The notes under the pieces: generated by a model | What the model was told of the DNA's origin: nothing | The model's database searches: none | What the model saw: only the letters and a program-made list of their open reading frames with translations | Shown: in pieces, positions 17,451-27,170 of the stretch | Numbering within the stretch: position 1 is the first letter of the stretch | How the letters are laid out: every line of letters begins with the position of its first letter | From: Anaerolineales bacterium | GTDB lineage: Bacteria > Chloroflexota > Anaerolineae > Anaerolineales > UBA11579 | Reading direction: 5' to 3' | NCBI GenBank assembly: GCA_025450445.1 | Contig: JANWHN010000076.1 | Coordinates: 2,859 to 66,858 of the forward strand | DNA: 64,000 nucleotides | Position numbers and translations under genes: made by a program

Positions 17451-18182
17451 TTATTTCTCGTAGCCCATTTTGCTTAGATAAGGCTCGAAGGCTTTGTTGG
17501 CGGCTTCGAGCTGGGCGGAGGTGAGAGCGGTGCGGAAGCGCTCCGCTTCGCCGTGTTGGAAATGCTGGCCTTTGCCGCCCTGGTTACCTTGATCGGAGCG
17601 ATAGAACTCGATGGCTTCGCGGACGTCCGAATCGCTGGGATCGGCGCCGAGGAAAAGCGCCAGGCGCTCAGCTTCAGCATCGAACTGGCTAACCAGGTTT
17701 TCATAACGCATAGCGTGGACGCCTTTTACCGCCATCCATTCTGTCCAGATCTGCAAATAAGACAGCATAAATTCTATCGCCGTATCCATGGTCTCAAGGA
17801 GGGTGAAGGCGTTGCGACGACCGGCGCCGCGGGAGCGCTGACCGTATTCGTAGGCAGAGAGCATGGCGGCGCGCGGGTCACGATAGACGTAGGTCACTTT
17901 CATTTGGCCCTCGCCCATCAGGCGCAGCGCGATTGGCGTAGGACCGGAATGGGTCTTGATGGCGAAGGTGTTGCCGAGACGGGAAGGAATGAGCACGGGC
18001 ACAAGGCGCTTGGCGCTGAGGGCGCGGATATTGCAATTGACCGCAGTGAGAATGGGAAATAAAAGGAAGAACTGACGGATGAGGCGCGCGTCCTGGCCGC
18101 CATTCGCCACAACCAGATCATGGACGAGGTTGTAGTGCCAGCCAGAGCCGGCGCGGGGCATGCCAGCGGCGAGAATGATCAT
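17451..18182 (-). CDS. sulfotransferase-family protein
   Basis: PAPS 5'-phosphosulfate-binding-like MPRAGSGWHYNLV and 3'-phosphate-binding-like YVYRDPRAAMLSAYEY. ATG 18182 (MIILAAG) is preferred over 18254. The C-terminus ends in GYEK. Confidence 0.75.
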   Translation of the reverse strand: MIILAAGMPRAGSGWHYNLVHDLVVANGGQDARLIRQFFLLFPILTAVNCNIRALSAKRLVPVLIPSRLGNTFAIKTHSGPTPIALRLMGEGQMKVTYVYRDPRAAMLSAYEYGQRSRGAGRRNAFTLLETMDTAIEFMLSYLQIWTEWMAVKGVHAMRYENLVSQFDAEAERLALFLGADPSDSDVREAIEFYRSDQGNQGGKGQHFQHGEAERFRTALTSAQLEAANKAFEPYLSKMGYEK

Positions 18183-18367
18183 GTGAGTTCTTGCGACCAA
18201 AAGAAGATCGCGTTGGAGTGTCCTAGTCGGCTGCGCCGACTCACGGAACTCCATGTGGGCCTTCCCAAATTGGTCGATTCGAGATACTTAGGACACATCG
18301 GCATAATGTGCAATATAATTTTTCGGCGGACGCGGTCATGTTACCATAGCAAAAGGAGTGCACAAAA

Positions 18368-18601
18368 ATGAGACGACTCTTGTCTTTTCTTTTAGGAGCA
18401 GTGGGCGGCGCGATCGTAGGCGCCACAATCGCGATCTTGCTGGCGCCCGAATCGGGCCAGGATCTGCGCAGCGATTTGCGCAACCGAATTAGCCGCTTCG
18501 GCGATGAGCTGAAGGATGCGGCTAATCAGCGGCGTACGGAGCTGGAACGGCAGCTGCAATCGTTTCGGCAGCCGGGCGAGATTCCGTTAGAAGAACGGTA
18601 A
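18368..18601 (+). CDS. YtxH-domain protein
   Basis: 77 aa with an AAGGAG RBS. N-terminal LLGAVGGAIVGATIAILLAPESGQDLR followed by a charged helix is typical of the YtxH family. Confidence 0.75.
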   Translation: MRRLLSFLLGAVGGAIVGATIAILLAPESGQDLRSDLRNRISRFGDELKDAANQRRTELERQLQSFRQPGEIPLEER

Positions 18602-18656
18602 ATAAAAACAGCCGCTTTGAAAACGAAGCAGGGTTGGCGATCCTTGCACAAACCAG

Positions 18657-18691
18657 ATTGCCACGACGACCTTTGGTCGTCTCGCAATGAC
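18657..18691 (-). repeat. short hairpin-type intergenic repeat (copy 2)
   Basis: Minus strand reads GTCATTGCGAGacgaccaaaggtcgtcgtgGCAATC, with an internal 7-8 bp stem and inverted termini ATTGC/GCAAT. Confidence 0.55.
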
Positions 18692-18707
18692 GATATTTCA
18701 TCTTGGA

Positions 18708-18744
18708 GGATGCTTCGCTTCGCTGGAGCGCGCCTCAGGATGAC
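18708..18744 (-). repeat. short hairpin-type intergenic repeat (copy 3)
   Basis: Minus strand reads GTCATCCTGAGgcgcgctccagcgaagcgaaGCATCC. Confidence 0.55.
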
Positions 18745-18760
18745 ACGGTGAATAAATAAA

Positions 18761-18791
18761 AAGAGCCGCCTAAAAGGCGGCTCTTTTTTTT
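18761..18791. terminator. bidirectional rho-independent terminator
   Basis: Perfect 10-bp stem AAGAGCCGCC-taaaa-GGCGGCTCTT flanked by an A-run and T8. It lies between the convergent ytxH-like gene (+) and the peptidase gene (-). Confidence 0.75.
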
Positions 18792-18801
18792 GCGTCAGGA
18801 G

Positions 18802-20808
18802 CTAAGGAACGAACGAGAAGCGATAGGCCGCGGTCTGGCGAGTGAAGCGCGTGGTTCCGACCACGACCAGGGTCACATCGTCGCCATTGAGCGGGACGTC
18901 GACCACGTTGCCATCGGGAATGTCGATGTACTCAACCGTTTCTGCGTCGTGATTGATCACCGCGATGCGGAACGTTTGCGGCAGCACGTTAGTGACGCGG
19001 GCAAAGCCGAGCCCTTCCCAGCCACCGTCGCCAGCTTCAAAATCTTCTGAGTAGCCGATCTCATCGATGGTGATGTCATCGATCAGGAAGCCTTCGCCGT
19101 TCACAGCCGCGTCGGTGACGTATTCGAAGCGCAGTAGAACCTGCTGACCAGCGTATTGAGAGATGTCGACAGTTTCTTGAGTCCATTCTGAAACGTTGCC
19201 ACCACCGGAAAGACCGGTGAAGCCCCAGCCATAGCTGTTGCCGGTCGGGTTGGTGTCGGTGCCGCTGGGCGTAGTGATGAAGTCCCAGTCGTCCCCATTG
19301 TTGGTGGAGCCGAGCAAGTAGACGTAATCCCAGTCGGTCTCGATGTCGAACCAGGTCTGGAAGGACAGATTGATGTCGCCGGACACGCCAGAGAAATCGA
19401 AGGCGCGGGTCAAGGTCATGTCGGAAACGTCGCCCTTGTTGGACCAGAAGGCATAATCGCCGGAGTAAGCCGAAGCCGGTAACAGGCCGGTGGAGGTTGA
19501 CCCCTCAAAGCGCAGAGTTCCACCGCAAGCTAGACTAATGTAGTCGGCCCCATACTGATTGACGGAGCGAGTTTGAGGATCTGTTGAACAATCAGCAGTC
19601 TCAGTGGCACTCACGGGGAAATGCAAGGAATCTGGATATTGCGAATAGCCGTAACGGCCATCGGCAAAAGAGGGATCCGCGAGATAGTTAGCCACGGCCC
19701 AATCCAAGACCACGTCATCGCCAACAAATGGAGAGCCCGTTGACGGGTTTGCAATCCCTTCGGCTAGAAGGACATCATCTACGCTGTCCATGCCGTTAGC
19801 CGGATCGGCCACTAAAGCTTGAGTAGCTTCCTTGCCAAAGCGTTCCAAGAAGTAGGTGACAAACAAACAGCCAGCGCCGTAGTGAGGGGTGGTGGCATTG
19901 CTGTCGTTGGGCCAGTCATTCAGGGATACATCGGGATCTACTAAGTACTCGGAAGCAAAATCACAGGCTCCGTATCCGTTCAAAGAAGACGCCAACTCAG
20001 ACATACCCTCATTCAGCCAGCTGGTTTCATTTTGATCTCGATAGGCATGGATCATGTGCTGGAATTCATGGGCAAGCACGCCATAGGTATAAACGTCATC
20101 GAGTGCGCTGTTATCGGAGTTGAAAACAAACATTTCGGCTGCGTTCGAGTACTCATTTGCCAAAGGATGGATCCCGTCGTTGGACGAGAAATACCCAGCG
20201 ATACTAAATCCGATGCCGGGCGTGTAAAGAACGTAAATGTGGGGGTCGTTATCGATGCCAGGGAAGAACTCCTGACCAAAGAATTCGCGATCGGTGGGAA
20301 CGATATCGTTTTCGAATTCCTGAGCCAGAGCTACCAGGTCGCCCTCGTCGTAGCTGACGCCTTCTTCCACCCAGAAGTAAGCAACTGGGCCTTCATAGCG
20401 AAGAACAGCATTTACCTGAGAGCTAAGGTCAGTATCGTTGTTAGTAATCCAGAAGCTGCGCTCGTCCCCAATGCTGTATTCACCTGGAAAGGGGACCGTG
20501 TCAGGAATGTTCTCAATTCCCTTGAGACGATCAGCTAGATCTTCCGGATCGTTTTCGGGAACTATAGTGTTCTCCAGTGTCAACAAAGTTTCATCTGACG
20601 GCATTTCGCCGGATTGAAAATCAGCAGGGGTCGGATCTGCGGAAGAGGAGTCTGTTGGCGGAGAAAATTCGCTTAGGGTGCTAAGCAGGCCGGGTTCCTC
20701 GCTGAGGAACCATAATGCGCCGAAACCGCCAAGGGCTACACAGGCCACGCAGGCGATGACCGCGACCAACAACACAATTCCGATAATGAGCAGGGTTCTT
20801 TGATTCAT
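18802..20808 (-). CDS. membrane-anchored secreted zinc metallopeptidase (HExxH; M6/InhA-like)
   Basis: 668 aa with an N-terminal TM (LLIIGIVLLVAVIACVACVALGGF) and zinc motif VLAHEFQHMIH. The large C-terminal beta-rich region is rich in D/G/W/Y. Family assignment is tentative. Confidence 0.75.
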   Translation of the reverse strand: MNQRTLLIIGIVLLVAVIACVACVALGGFGALWFLSEEPGLLSTLSEFSPPTDSSSADPTPADFQSGEMPSDETLLTLENTIVPENDPEDLADRLKGIENIPDTVPFPGEYSIGDERSFWITNNDTDLSSQVNAVLRYEGPVAYFWVEEGVSYDEGDLVALAQEFENDIVPTDREFFGQEFFPGIDNDPHIYVLYTPGIGFSIAGYFSSNDGIHPLANEYSNAAEMFVFNSDNSALDDVYTYGVLAHEFQHMIHAYRDQNETSWLNEGMSELASSLNGYGACDFASEYLVDPDVSLNDWPNDSNATTPHYGAGCLFVTYFLERFGKEATQALVADPANGMDSVDDVLLAEGIANPSTGSPFVGDDVVLDWAVANYLADPSFADGRYGYSQYPDSLHFPVSATETADCSTDPQTRSVNQYGADYISLACGGTLRFEGSTSTGLLPASAYSGDYAFWSNKGDVSDMTLTRAFDFSGVSGDINLSFQTWFDIETDWDYVYLLGSTNNGDDWDFITTPSGTDTNPTGNSYGWGFTGLSGGGNVSEWTQETVDISQYAGQQVLLRFEYVTDAAVNGEGFLIDDITIDEIGYSEDFEAGDGGWEGLGFARVTNVLPQTFRIAVINHDAETVEYIDIPDGNVVDVPLNGDDVTLVVVGTTRFTRQTAAYRFSFVP

Positions 20809-22268
20809 GATTTCCTTCCGAGGCGGAATTCTTTAGGATAGTAAGGGGAAAGTCCAGCAATAATGCCCAATATAACCCACATGATGGGAAAGGTGAATGA
20901 ATCCTGAGTTAGATTGCGCAGAACCAGCGCGAGCCAAGCGAACAAGCCAGCGATGGCGACGAAACGCAGCGTGCTGTCTCCGGAGATGAACAGGCGCCGG
21001 ATGATGGCAACGAAGGAAAGAAGGAAGGCGACAAAAAGCCAGAAGCCAGGCAAGCCGGTTTCGGCGAGCAAGCGGACGTAAAGGCTCTTAGTGTTTGGAA
21101 TGAGATCCGAATCGGGGCTGAGCTGGCGGGCGATCTCCGGCAGGTTGAACGACCACTCCGGAAAATTCTGGAGCAGGGTCAGCCCGCTGGCGCCCATGCC
21201 CACGCCCGTAAGCGGCGTGCTTTCGTAAAGGCGATAGCCGGCGACGGCGTAGGCCAAACGCGGCCCGGCGCTAATGTCGACGAGGTAGTCAAGCGGATCA
21301 TCGGCTTCGGTGATCCGCCAGATGTTGGCAAAGTATTCGTAGTCGGACAGAAAGTTTACCGACACAAAAGCGATCAGCAAGATTCCGACAACCAAGCCAG
21401 ATCGAATCAGCATAGGAGTAGCGCGTTGCTTTTGTCGAGATCGTCTAAACGGGGTTATGAACCAAGACCAAGCGGCGCGCAAGTTTGATCTACCCGCAAG
21501 CAGGGTTACTAAAACAATACAGAGCAACCCGGTAAGCAAGCCGCTGCGAGAGTACGTGAAAACTAGCACGGCCAATGACAAAACAAACAGCGAAGGCTCG
21601 ACCCACTTGCGTTTGGTTAGGGAGCGAGCGCTAAGTAAAGCGGCGAACAGCCACGGCAGGAAAAAGATGACGAGCTGATCGGCCAGCCAAGCTGGCTCAT
21701 AGGCGAAACCGCTGATGCGGCGCTGCTGGAGAGGCCGGGTGGAGATAAAAGTTTGCAGCTGGTTGACCCAACTGCGCGGGATTAAGGAAGTGTTGACGGC
21801 GACGGCCTGGATCAGAGACCAGACGATGGTTAGTGCTAAGCCGGCGTAGATCCATTTCAGGGACCAGTTGAGATCGTCCTTGGTGCGATTCATCCAGAAG
21901 GCAACGAAGAAAAAAAGTAGACCGATAAGAACCGAAAACCAACCGCGCAAGGCGCGTTCGTCATAGGAAAAATCGCGCATGGGCAACGGCGCCTGCAGCA
22001 AGCCGATAAACGTAAAAGCGAGGGCGACAAAGAGGAAGGCTAGCAACGGTTTAATGTTGGTGGGCAGGGCGATGCGGCGGCGCTGAAGAAAGATAATGAG
22101 TAAGACAATGACCAGCAGAGCCAGAGGATAGAGCGCCAACGGCTTGACCAAAGTGCGCCCGAGACCAGGAATGTAGCGAAAGGTTGTGATCGGCAAGGTC
22201 AGCAGGACGAAACCCCACAGCCAGCGTGCGACGCGCTCGAGGCGCGGCAAACTGAAAAATTCGGCCAT
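20805..22268 (-). CDS. O-antigen ligase/polymerase-family (Wzy_C domain) membrane protein
   Basis: 487 aa with at least 10 TM helices. The FTYSRSGLLTGLLCIVLV region and a large loop are typical of WaaL/Wzy_C/O-oligosaccharyltransferase proteins. ATGA overlap with the peptidase gene. Confidence 0.8.
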   Translation of the reverse strand: MAEFFSLPRLERVARWLWGFVLLTLPITTFRYIPGLGRTLVKPLALYPLALLVIVLLIIFLQRRRIALPTNIKPLLAFLFVALAFTFIGLLQAPLPMRDFSYDERALRGWFSVLIGLLFFFVAFWMNRTKDDLNWSLKWIYAGLALTIVWSLIQAVAVNTSLIPRSWVNQLQTFISTRPLQQRRISGFAYEPAWLADQLVIFFLPWLFAALLSARSLTKRKWVEPSLFVLSLAVLVFTYSRSGLLTGLLCIVLVTLLAGRSNLRAAWSWFITPFRRSRQKQRATPMLIRSGLVVGILLIAFVSVNFLSDYEYFANIWRITEADDPLDYLVDISAGPRLAYAVAGYRLYESTPLTGVGMGASGLTLLQNFPEWSFNLPEIARQLSPDSDLIPNTKSLYVRLLAETGLPGFWLFVAFLLSFVAIIRRLFISGDSTLRFVAIAGLFAWLALVLRNLTQDSFTFPIMWVILGIIAGLSPYYPKEFRLGRKS

Positions 22269-23005
22269 TATTTGAATTTAGATGGACGGACTAGCACATA
22301 AGTCGCGGCAGCTAGTGCGCTGACCAGCGAACCGGCCAATAAATAAGTGGCCTGGCTAACACTGCGCTCAACTGGCAAATCTTCTGCCTGACTGACGCTA
22401 ATCTCGATATACATCGAAATGCCTTGCGTATGCTCGGCGAGAAACGCGATCTCATCCAACAATTCTTCGATGCGGGCTTGATCGGGTTCGGATGCGGCCA
22501 GCTCAGCATTTAATTCTGCGCGAGCGGATTGCAATTCAGGTGAGGCGGTCATCGCAGCGCGGGCTGCATCTACGAAAGCCTGCGCCCAGGCACCCGCCAA
22601 CTGCTGGGCGGTAGCAGGATCACCATCATCGGCGTACAAGTGCCAGCCGCCGTCAGACGGGTGAGCAAGCTGCAAAATATCGGGGCGCAATTCTGCGACG
22701 CTAATGCCTGATTCTTGCGCTACCTGTTCCATGACAACATCGGACCAAGCGAGTTGTTCCAAGCGCTCAGTTTCCCGCTGCAAAAATTGAAAGAGAGCCC
22801 GGTCGGGGTAGTACTGCCAGGCTTCTTCGAGATTGTGATCGACGACCACGGTAGCGCGAGCGCGGTAATCCGGCGGGGCGACCAAGTAGACGACCCAAGC
22901 CAGCAGGGCGCCAGCCAGCGCACCCAGCAGCCAAAGACGCCAGTTGCCGAAAAGGTCGGCGAGCGGATCGTTGGTTGGATTGAAACGAGATTTGCGCTTG
23001 GGCAT
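22268..23005 (-). CDS. Wzz-like polysaccharide chain-length determinant / co-polymerase-like protein
   Basis: 245 aa with an N-terminal TM followed by PPDYRARATVVV, a coiled acidic middle and a C-terminal TM (LLAGSLVSALAAATYVLV). This is PCP topology. Confidence 0.55.
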   Translation of the reverse strand: MPKRKSRFNPTNDPLADLFGNWRLWLLGALAGALLAWVVYLVAPPDYRARATVVVDHNLEEAWQYYPDRALFQFLQRETERLEQLAWSDVVMEQVAQESGISVAELRPDILQLAHPSDGGWHLYADDGDPATAQQLAGAWAQAFVDAARAAMTASPELQSARAELNAELAASEPDQARIEELLDEIAFLAEHTQGISMYIEISVSQAEDLPVERSVSQATYLLAGSLVSALAAATYVLVRPSKFK

Positions 23006-23006
23006 G

Positions 23007-23798
23007 TTAATCGCGAACTCCGGCCATGCGCTGGCGGCGATAGCGAATTATTGGGAAAAGCAATTTACGCAGCCAATATTTGGCGGTGATGATCGAGAGC
23101 GGGCTGCCACCCTGGCGGCGATGGACGGTGAGCATGTCGTCCCAAGCGTGCATGTCGTTCTGAATGGTCTTTGAGTCAGCGTGGAGGCGGAATTCCGCCC
23201 AGAGGCGGGGGTGATAGTGCAAGGTGCTGATCTTGGCCAATCGCACCCAAAAATCATAATCCATGGCAAAGGTTAGGTTTTCATCAAGCGGACCAGCCTG
23301 CCACCAGAGCGCCGAACGCCAGAAGGTAGCCTGCTGCGGGATGTGCACATAGCCTTCGAGCAAGCGAGCGTAGTCGGTTTGGTGGGCGGCGAAGCGACCG
23401 ATCAGGCGACCTTCGGCGTCGATGAAATCTGCATCACCATAGACCAGGCCGATATTGGAATGAGCTTCCAGGAATTCGACAGCTTCGCGCACAGCGCCAG
23501 GTTTGAGGCGATCGTCGGCGTTGAGCCAGGCCATATATTTGCCTTTGGCCTTGGCGAACCCTTTATTGATCGCATCAGCCTGGCCGCGATCGCGCTCCGA
23601 GACCCAAAACGCCAACTGGCGCTGCAGGCGCTTGATGATGGCTGGGCTTTCGTCGGTGGAGCCGCCGTCGATGACGATGTATTCAATGTTGGCGTGGTCC
23701 TGGGAGAGGACCGAATCCATGGCCGCTTGAAGGAATGCGGCCTGATTGTAGGAGGGCGTGACGATGGAGACGAGCGGTTGCATCGCCATTACGACCAA
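23007..23798 (-). CDS. family-2 glycosyltransferase
   Basis: [24 protein letters not shown]...[14 protein letters not shown]...WLNADD (DxD-type). Paralogous to the N-terminal half of the next gene. Confidence 0.9.
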   Translation of the reverse strand: MVVMAMQPLVSIVTPSYNQAAFLQAAMDSVLSQDHANIEYIVIDGGSTDESPAIIKRLQRQLAFWVSERDRGQADAINKGFAKAKGKYMAWLNADDRLKPGAVREAVEFLEAHSNIGLVYGDADFIDAEGRLIGRFAAHQTDYARLLEGYVHIPQQATFWRSALWWQAGPLDENLTFAMDYDFWVRLAKISTLHYHPRLWAEFRLHADSKTIQNDMHAWDDMLTVHRRQGGSPLSIITAKYWLRKLLFPIIRYRRQRMAGVRD

Positions 23799-25633
23799 CT
23801 CTCGTTGTTGTAATAAGGATGGGCAACATCTTTGGTTAGATCGTGGATGCGGGAAATTTCTTCGGGGGTCAGGCGATGTTTCCAGTTTTCGAGATTGGCG
23901 GCGCTATCGAGCTTGGTGGAGTAGATCGAACTCAGGGAAACTTCTTGTGGATTCTCGACGCCTGTCGAGCGCGAGATTCTTTTCTTTGCGCGCGAAGTGA
24001 AAAACAAGCCGAGGTGGTTATAGAGTTTCGAGAAGCCTGCAATTGGGTCGCGGGATAAATCTTCATGCAAGATCACGCCAAGCTGAGGATTTTCTCGCTG
24101 CCTGCGGTGAGTCACGGTGGCAATTATGCGCCACAGCAAACTGCCCTGCAGGATGACATCACTGGGAGCTTTGGTCACGGCTTCGAGCTCGGTGCGGAAC
24201 GGCTCGAGCAGATCGCGCATCAGGAGTGGCTGGGCGAGCAGATCGTTGAAGTCGAAGGACCAGTCGAGGCGCTTGAGGCTGCTGACGAACGCGGCCGGAT
24301 GGCGGAGCACGACGACGACATCGCAATTGAGGCGCTCAGCGAACCAGGACGTTGAGAAGACGGCGAAGGGGTCTTTAAGAAGCACGCGGCGGCGCTGGAT
24401 GCGGCCGATGGTGAAATTGGCCCAATCGCGGAGCATGCGCAGGAAATCTTTGAGCGAGCGTAGGGATTTTATTTCGCGCAAGAGGTGGTAGTCGAGCTTT
24501 AGGGTCTCATTGAACGGCTGAACAAATTCTGTTTCATTCTCTTTGCAAATATACGTGTACCAATGCGTGACCGGGGAGCGCATCACGCCGGGACGGTGCC
24601 AGACGTTGAGCGGCTCGCTGACATAGGCCACATCGCCGTTCTGGGCAAGCATGCGCCCCACCCAGGTGGTGCCGGAGCGATGGAGACCGGTCACCATGAT
24701 TGGGCGGCGGTTTGCTGCCGGGTTGCGGTGCAGCCAGCCGAGCCCGAGCAAACTGAGAAGCGCGTAGCCGATGCGCTTCCAATGGGCAAGCGTGTAAGTT
24801 GGATGCAAAGATAAGGCGCGGGCGTAAGAGCCTAGTGCGCGAGCAGGCTCGCCGCCATCGAGCAGATAGCGCGCCTGCAGCCGATAGGCACCGCCGTGGA
24901 CGCGGCGCGAGTGCTTGCGAACAAGATCGCCCAGAACCGGTTCCGTTTTGGCCAATTCGAGAATGCGGAAGGCTTCTTCGCCGAAACGGGCGGCGTGGGC
25001 TACGTTCTTTGCGGCCGCGTGATGGCGAGCGGCGGCCCAAACTCGCGGCATGTGACGGATGGAAACAAGCCGCGCCATGCGCAGCCAGAGATGATGATCG
25101 AAGAGGAAGTTGTAGGTAGGATCGAGGTGGCCGGCTTCTTCGAGCACCGCGCGGCGCATAAACACGGATGGCTGCCCGATGATGCGGAAGGTGAACAGGT
25201 CGAGTAGGTCGTACTGACCATAGCGAATTGTGTTGAAGACTTTGCCATCTGCGTCGATCGAATCAAGTTCACCGTAAACCAATCCGGCGTCGGGGTGCTG
25301 CGCAAATGCGGCGACGGCTTGGCGGATGGCGCCAGGGCGATAGATGTCATCGGAATTTAGCCAGGCGACGAATTGGCCGCGGGCGCGAGCGAAACCTTTG
25401 TTAATCGCGGCGGCTTGGCCTTCGTCTGGCTCGGAAACCCACCAAGAAATGCGGTCGGAATATTTCTTGATGATTTCGACCGATCCATCGGTCGAGCCAC
25501 CGTCGATAACCAGGTATTCGATGTTTGGATAATCCTGCTCAAGAACTGAGAGGATGGTTTGCTCGAGATATGCGGCTTGATTAAAGGATGGCGTGATGAT
25601 CGAAACGAGAGGCTGATCTTGTTTCTCTGCCAT
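23789..25633 (-). CDS. fusion protein: N-terminal GT2 glycosyltransferase + C-terminal sulfotransferase
   Basis: 614 aa. N-terminal half: [24 protein letters not shown]...[10 protein letters not shown]...WLNSDD. C-terminal half: [19 protein letters not shown] (5'-PSB loop) and [17 protein letters not shown] (3'-PB). Confidence 0.85.
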   Translation of the reverse strand: MAEKQDQPLVSIITPSFNQAAYLEQTILSVLEQDYPNIEYLVIDGGSTDGSVEIIKKYSDRISWWVSEPDEGQAAAINKGFARARGQFVAWLNSDDIYRPGAIRQAVAAFAQHPDAGLVYGELDSIDADGKVFNTIRYGQYDLLDLFTFRIIGQPSVFMRRAVLEEAGHLDPTYNFLFDHHLWLRMARLVSIRHMPRVWAAARHHAAAKNVAHAARFGEEAFRILELAKTEPVLGDLVRKHSRRVHGGAYRLQARYLLDGGEPARALGSYARALSLHPTYTLAHWKRIGYALLSLLGLGWLHRNPAANRRPIMVTGLHRSGTTWVGRMLAQNGDVAYVSEPLNVWHRPGVMRSPVTHWYTYICKENETEFVQPFNETLKLDYHLLREIKSLRSLKDFLRMLRDWANFTIGRIQRRRVLLKDPFAVFSTSWFAERLNCDVVVVLRHPAAFVSSLKRLDWSFDFNDLLAQPLLMRDLLEPFRTELEAVTKAPSDVILQGSLLWRIIATVTHRRQRENPQLGVILHEDLSRDPIAGFSKLYNHLGLFFTSRAKKRISRSTGVENPQEVSLSSIYSTKLDSAANLENWKHRLTPEEISRIHDLTKDVAHPYYNNESWS

Positions 25634-25637
25634 TCGA

Positions 25638-27170
25638 TCAAGACCCGCTGCGCAAATCGTAAATTAAATAGCCGTCGCCTTCGGCAAAGACCGGGTAGTG
25701 AGCTGCTAAGTATTCCTGCAGCAATGGCTGCTGGTCCAGCTGGTTGAAGGTGGTGATCAGGAAATAATCCATGCCAGCCGTGCGGGTCAGAAAGAATTGC
25801 TCGAAGTCATCGGGTTCATTGCCGCGCAGACCAGCGAGGTAAAGCTCGCCGGTGACCGGCCACAGCTCGACCCGGCGCCAGCCATAGTAGTTGAGCAGGT
25901 TGCCATAGTGTTGGACTAGGCCGATTGTCTTGCCTTCGGCGGGAATAGCCGCGCCAACCCGTTCCCAATATAGGGCTTCGGAGCGATAGTCAACACCGAG
26001 CAGGTTCGAGCGATTGGTCCAGGCGGTGATGGCTAGAGCGCCAACAAGCAGACCTACAAACAAGAAACGCCAACCGCGCGATTGTCCGGCGATCTTCTTA
26101 ACCACAAGATCGAAGAGCGGCGCCATGGAAAGAGCTGCGATGGGGACGAGCATGAGGTGGTAATAGGTGTGGGTGGTGGTTTGGTGCGGGAGCGTGATGC
26201 CGTAAGCCGCGTAGCCGAGCCAGGCGCCGATCAGCAGCCAGCGGGCAAGCGGCGGCGCGATCAGCACGCCGGCGGCGGCCAGCACCAATCGGGCGCTGCC
26301 GAGAATCTCGGTGAGCATATCGGCCCAGCGAAAATAGAATTCGGGCTGGAATGCTAGCGGCATGAGAGCGACGACCCAGTTCTGGAAATAATTTCCGGAT
26401 GTGCCGCCAATGCTGAGAAGGTAATAGAGCCCAGCCGGCAAAATGGCAATCAACGCGACAGCCCAGACCTGGCGATTGCGCAATGCAGCCCTTGCCCCAA
26501 AGGCGGCCAGAACCAAAGCGGCGAGCACGCCTAGCAGCAAATAAGCGGCGAAGACTTTGACCAGGATCGCGATCGCGGAGGCAACCGCGGCGATGAGCGC
26601 CCACTTCCATTCCCGTTCGCTGCCCCAACGATAAGCAGCGTACATCGCCAAGATCAACCAGGCGACCATGAAAGGATCGGGCTGAAACGACCGGCTGGCC
26701 TGAAAACCAAACGGAAGGAATAAATAGTAGGCAACTGCGATCAGAGCCGCGGCGGGGCCGGTGAATTGCAGGGCCAGTGCATACAACGGGATTGCGGCGA
26801 GAACCCAGAAGAGCGATGTAAAAATGCGGGCGACCCACAAATTTTCGCCACCGGAAAGCCAATAGCCAGCGGCGACAATGGTTTCAGGGATCGGCGGCTC
26901 AAGCTCGGCGACGGAGAAGCGCTGGGCGAGTGCCTCTTCTTGGACAACGGGATCAGTTGATGGCGAAAGTTGGTAGTAGATGCTGCGGGCGATCAGTGCG
27001 CCCCGGTATTGGCGGGTGGGATGAAAATCGAGCGGCAGGTCGGTGAGATCGACCATGCGCAAGCCGAATCCAAATAGCATCAGACCGGCCAAAGTGAACT
27101 CCGCCCAGTGAGTTTGAATACGCGAACGTATGGAACGCGATTTGTTTTTTTGTTTCTTTCTTGGAGTCAT
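25638..27170 (-). CDS. GT-C fold membrane glycosyltransferase (ArnT/PMT, GT39/83-like)
   Basis: 510 aa, polytopic. The N-terminal loop [30 protein letters not shown] and overall architecture resemble ArnT/PMT_2 proteins. Confidence 0.7.
   Translation of the reverse strand: MTPRKKQKNKSRSIRSRIQTHWAEFTLAGLMLFGFGLRMVDLTDLPLDFHPTRQYRGALIARSIYYQLSPSTDPVVQEEALAQRFSVAELEPPIPETIVAAGYWLSGGENLWVARIFTSLFWVLAAIPLYALALQFTGPAAALIAVAYYLFLPFGFQASRSFQPDPFMVAWLILAMYAAYRWGSEREWKWALIAAVASAIAILVKVFAAYLLLGVLAALVLAAFGARAALRNRQVWAVALIAILPAGLYYLLSIGGTSGNYFQNWVVALMPLAFQPEFYFRWADMLTEILGSARLVLAAAGVLIAPPLARWLLIGAWLGYAAYGITLPHQTTTHTYYHLMLVPIAALSMAPLFDLVVKKIAGQSRGWRFLFVGLLVGALAITAWTNRSNLLGVDYRSEALYWERVGAAIPAEGKTIGLVQHYGNLLNYYGWRRVELWPVTGELYLAGLRGNEPDDFEQFFLTRTAGMDYFLITTFNQLDQQPLLQEYLAAHYPVFAEGDGYLIYDLRSGS

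Noticed and set aside
26098-26862. 254-aa same-strand alternative frame within the GT-C gene 25638-27170
   Set aside because: An Arg/Gly/Pro-rich out-of-frame product. The annotated frame gives a coherent polytopic membrane protein.
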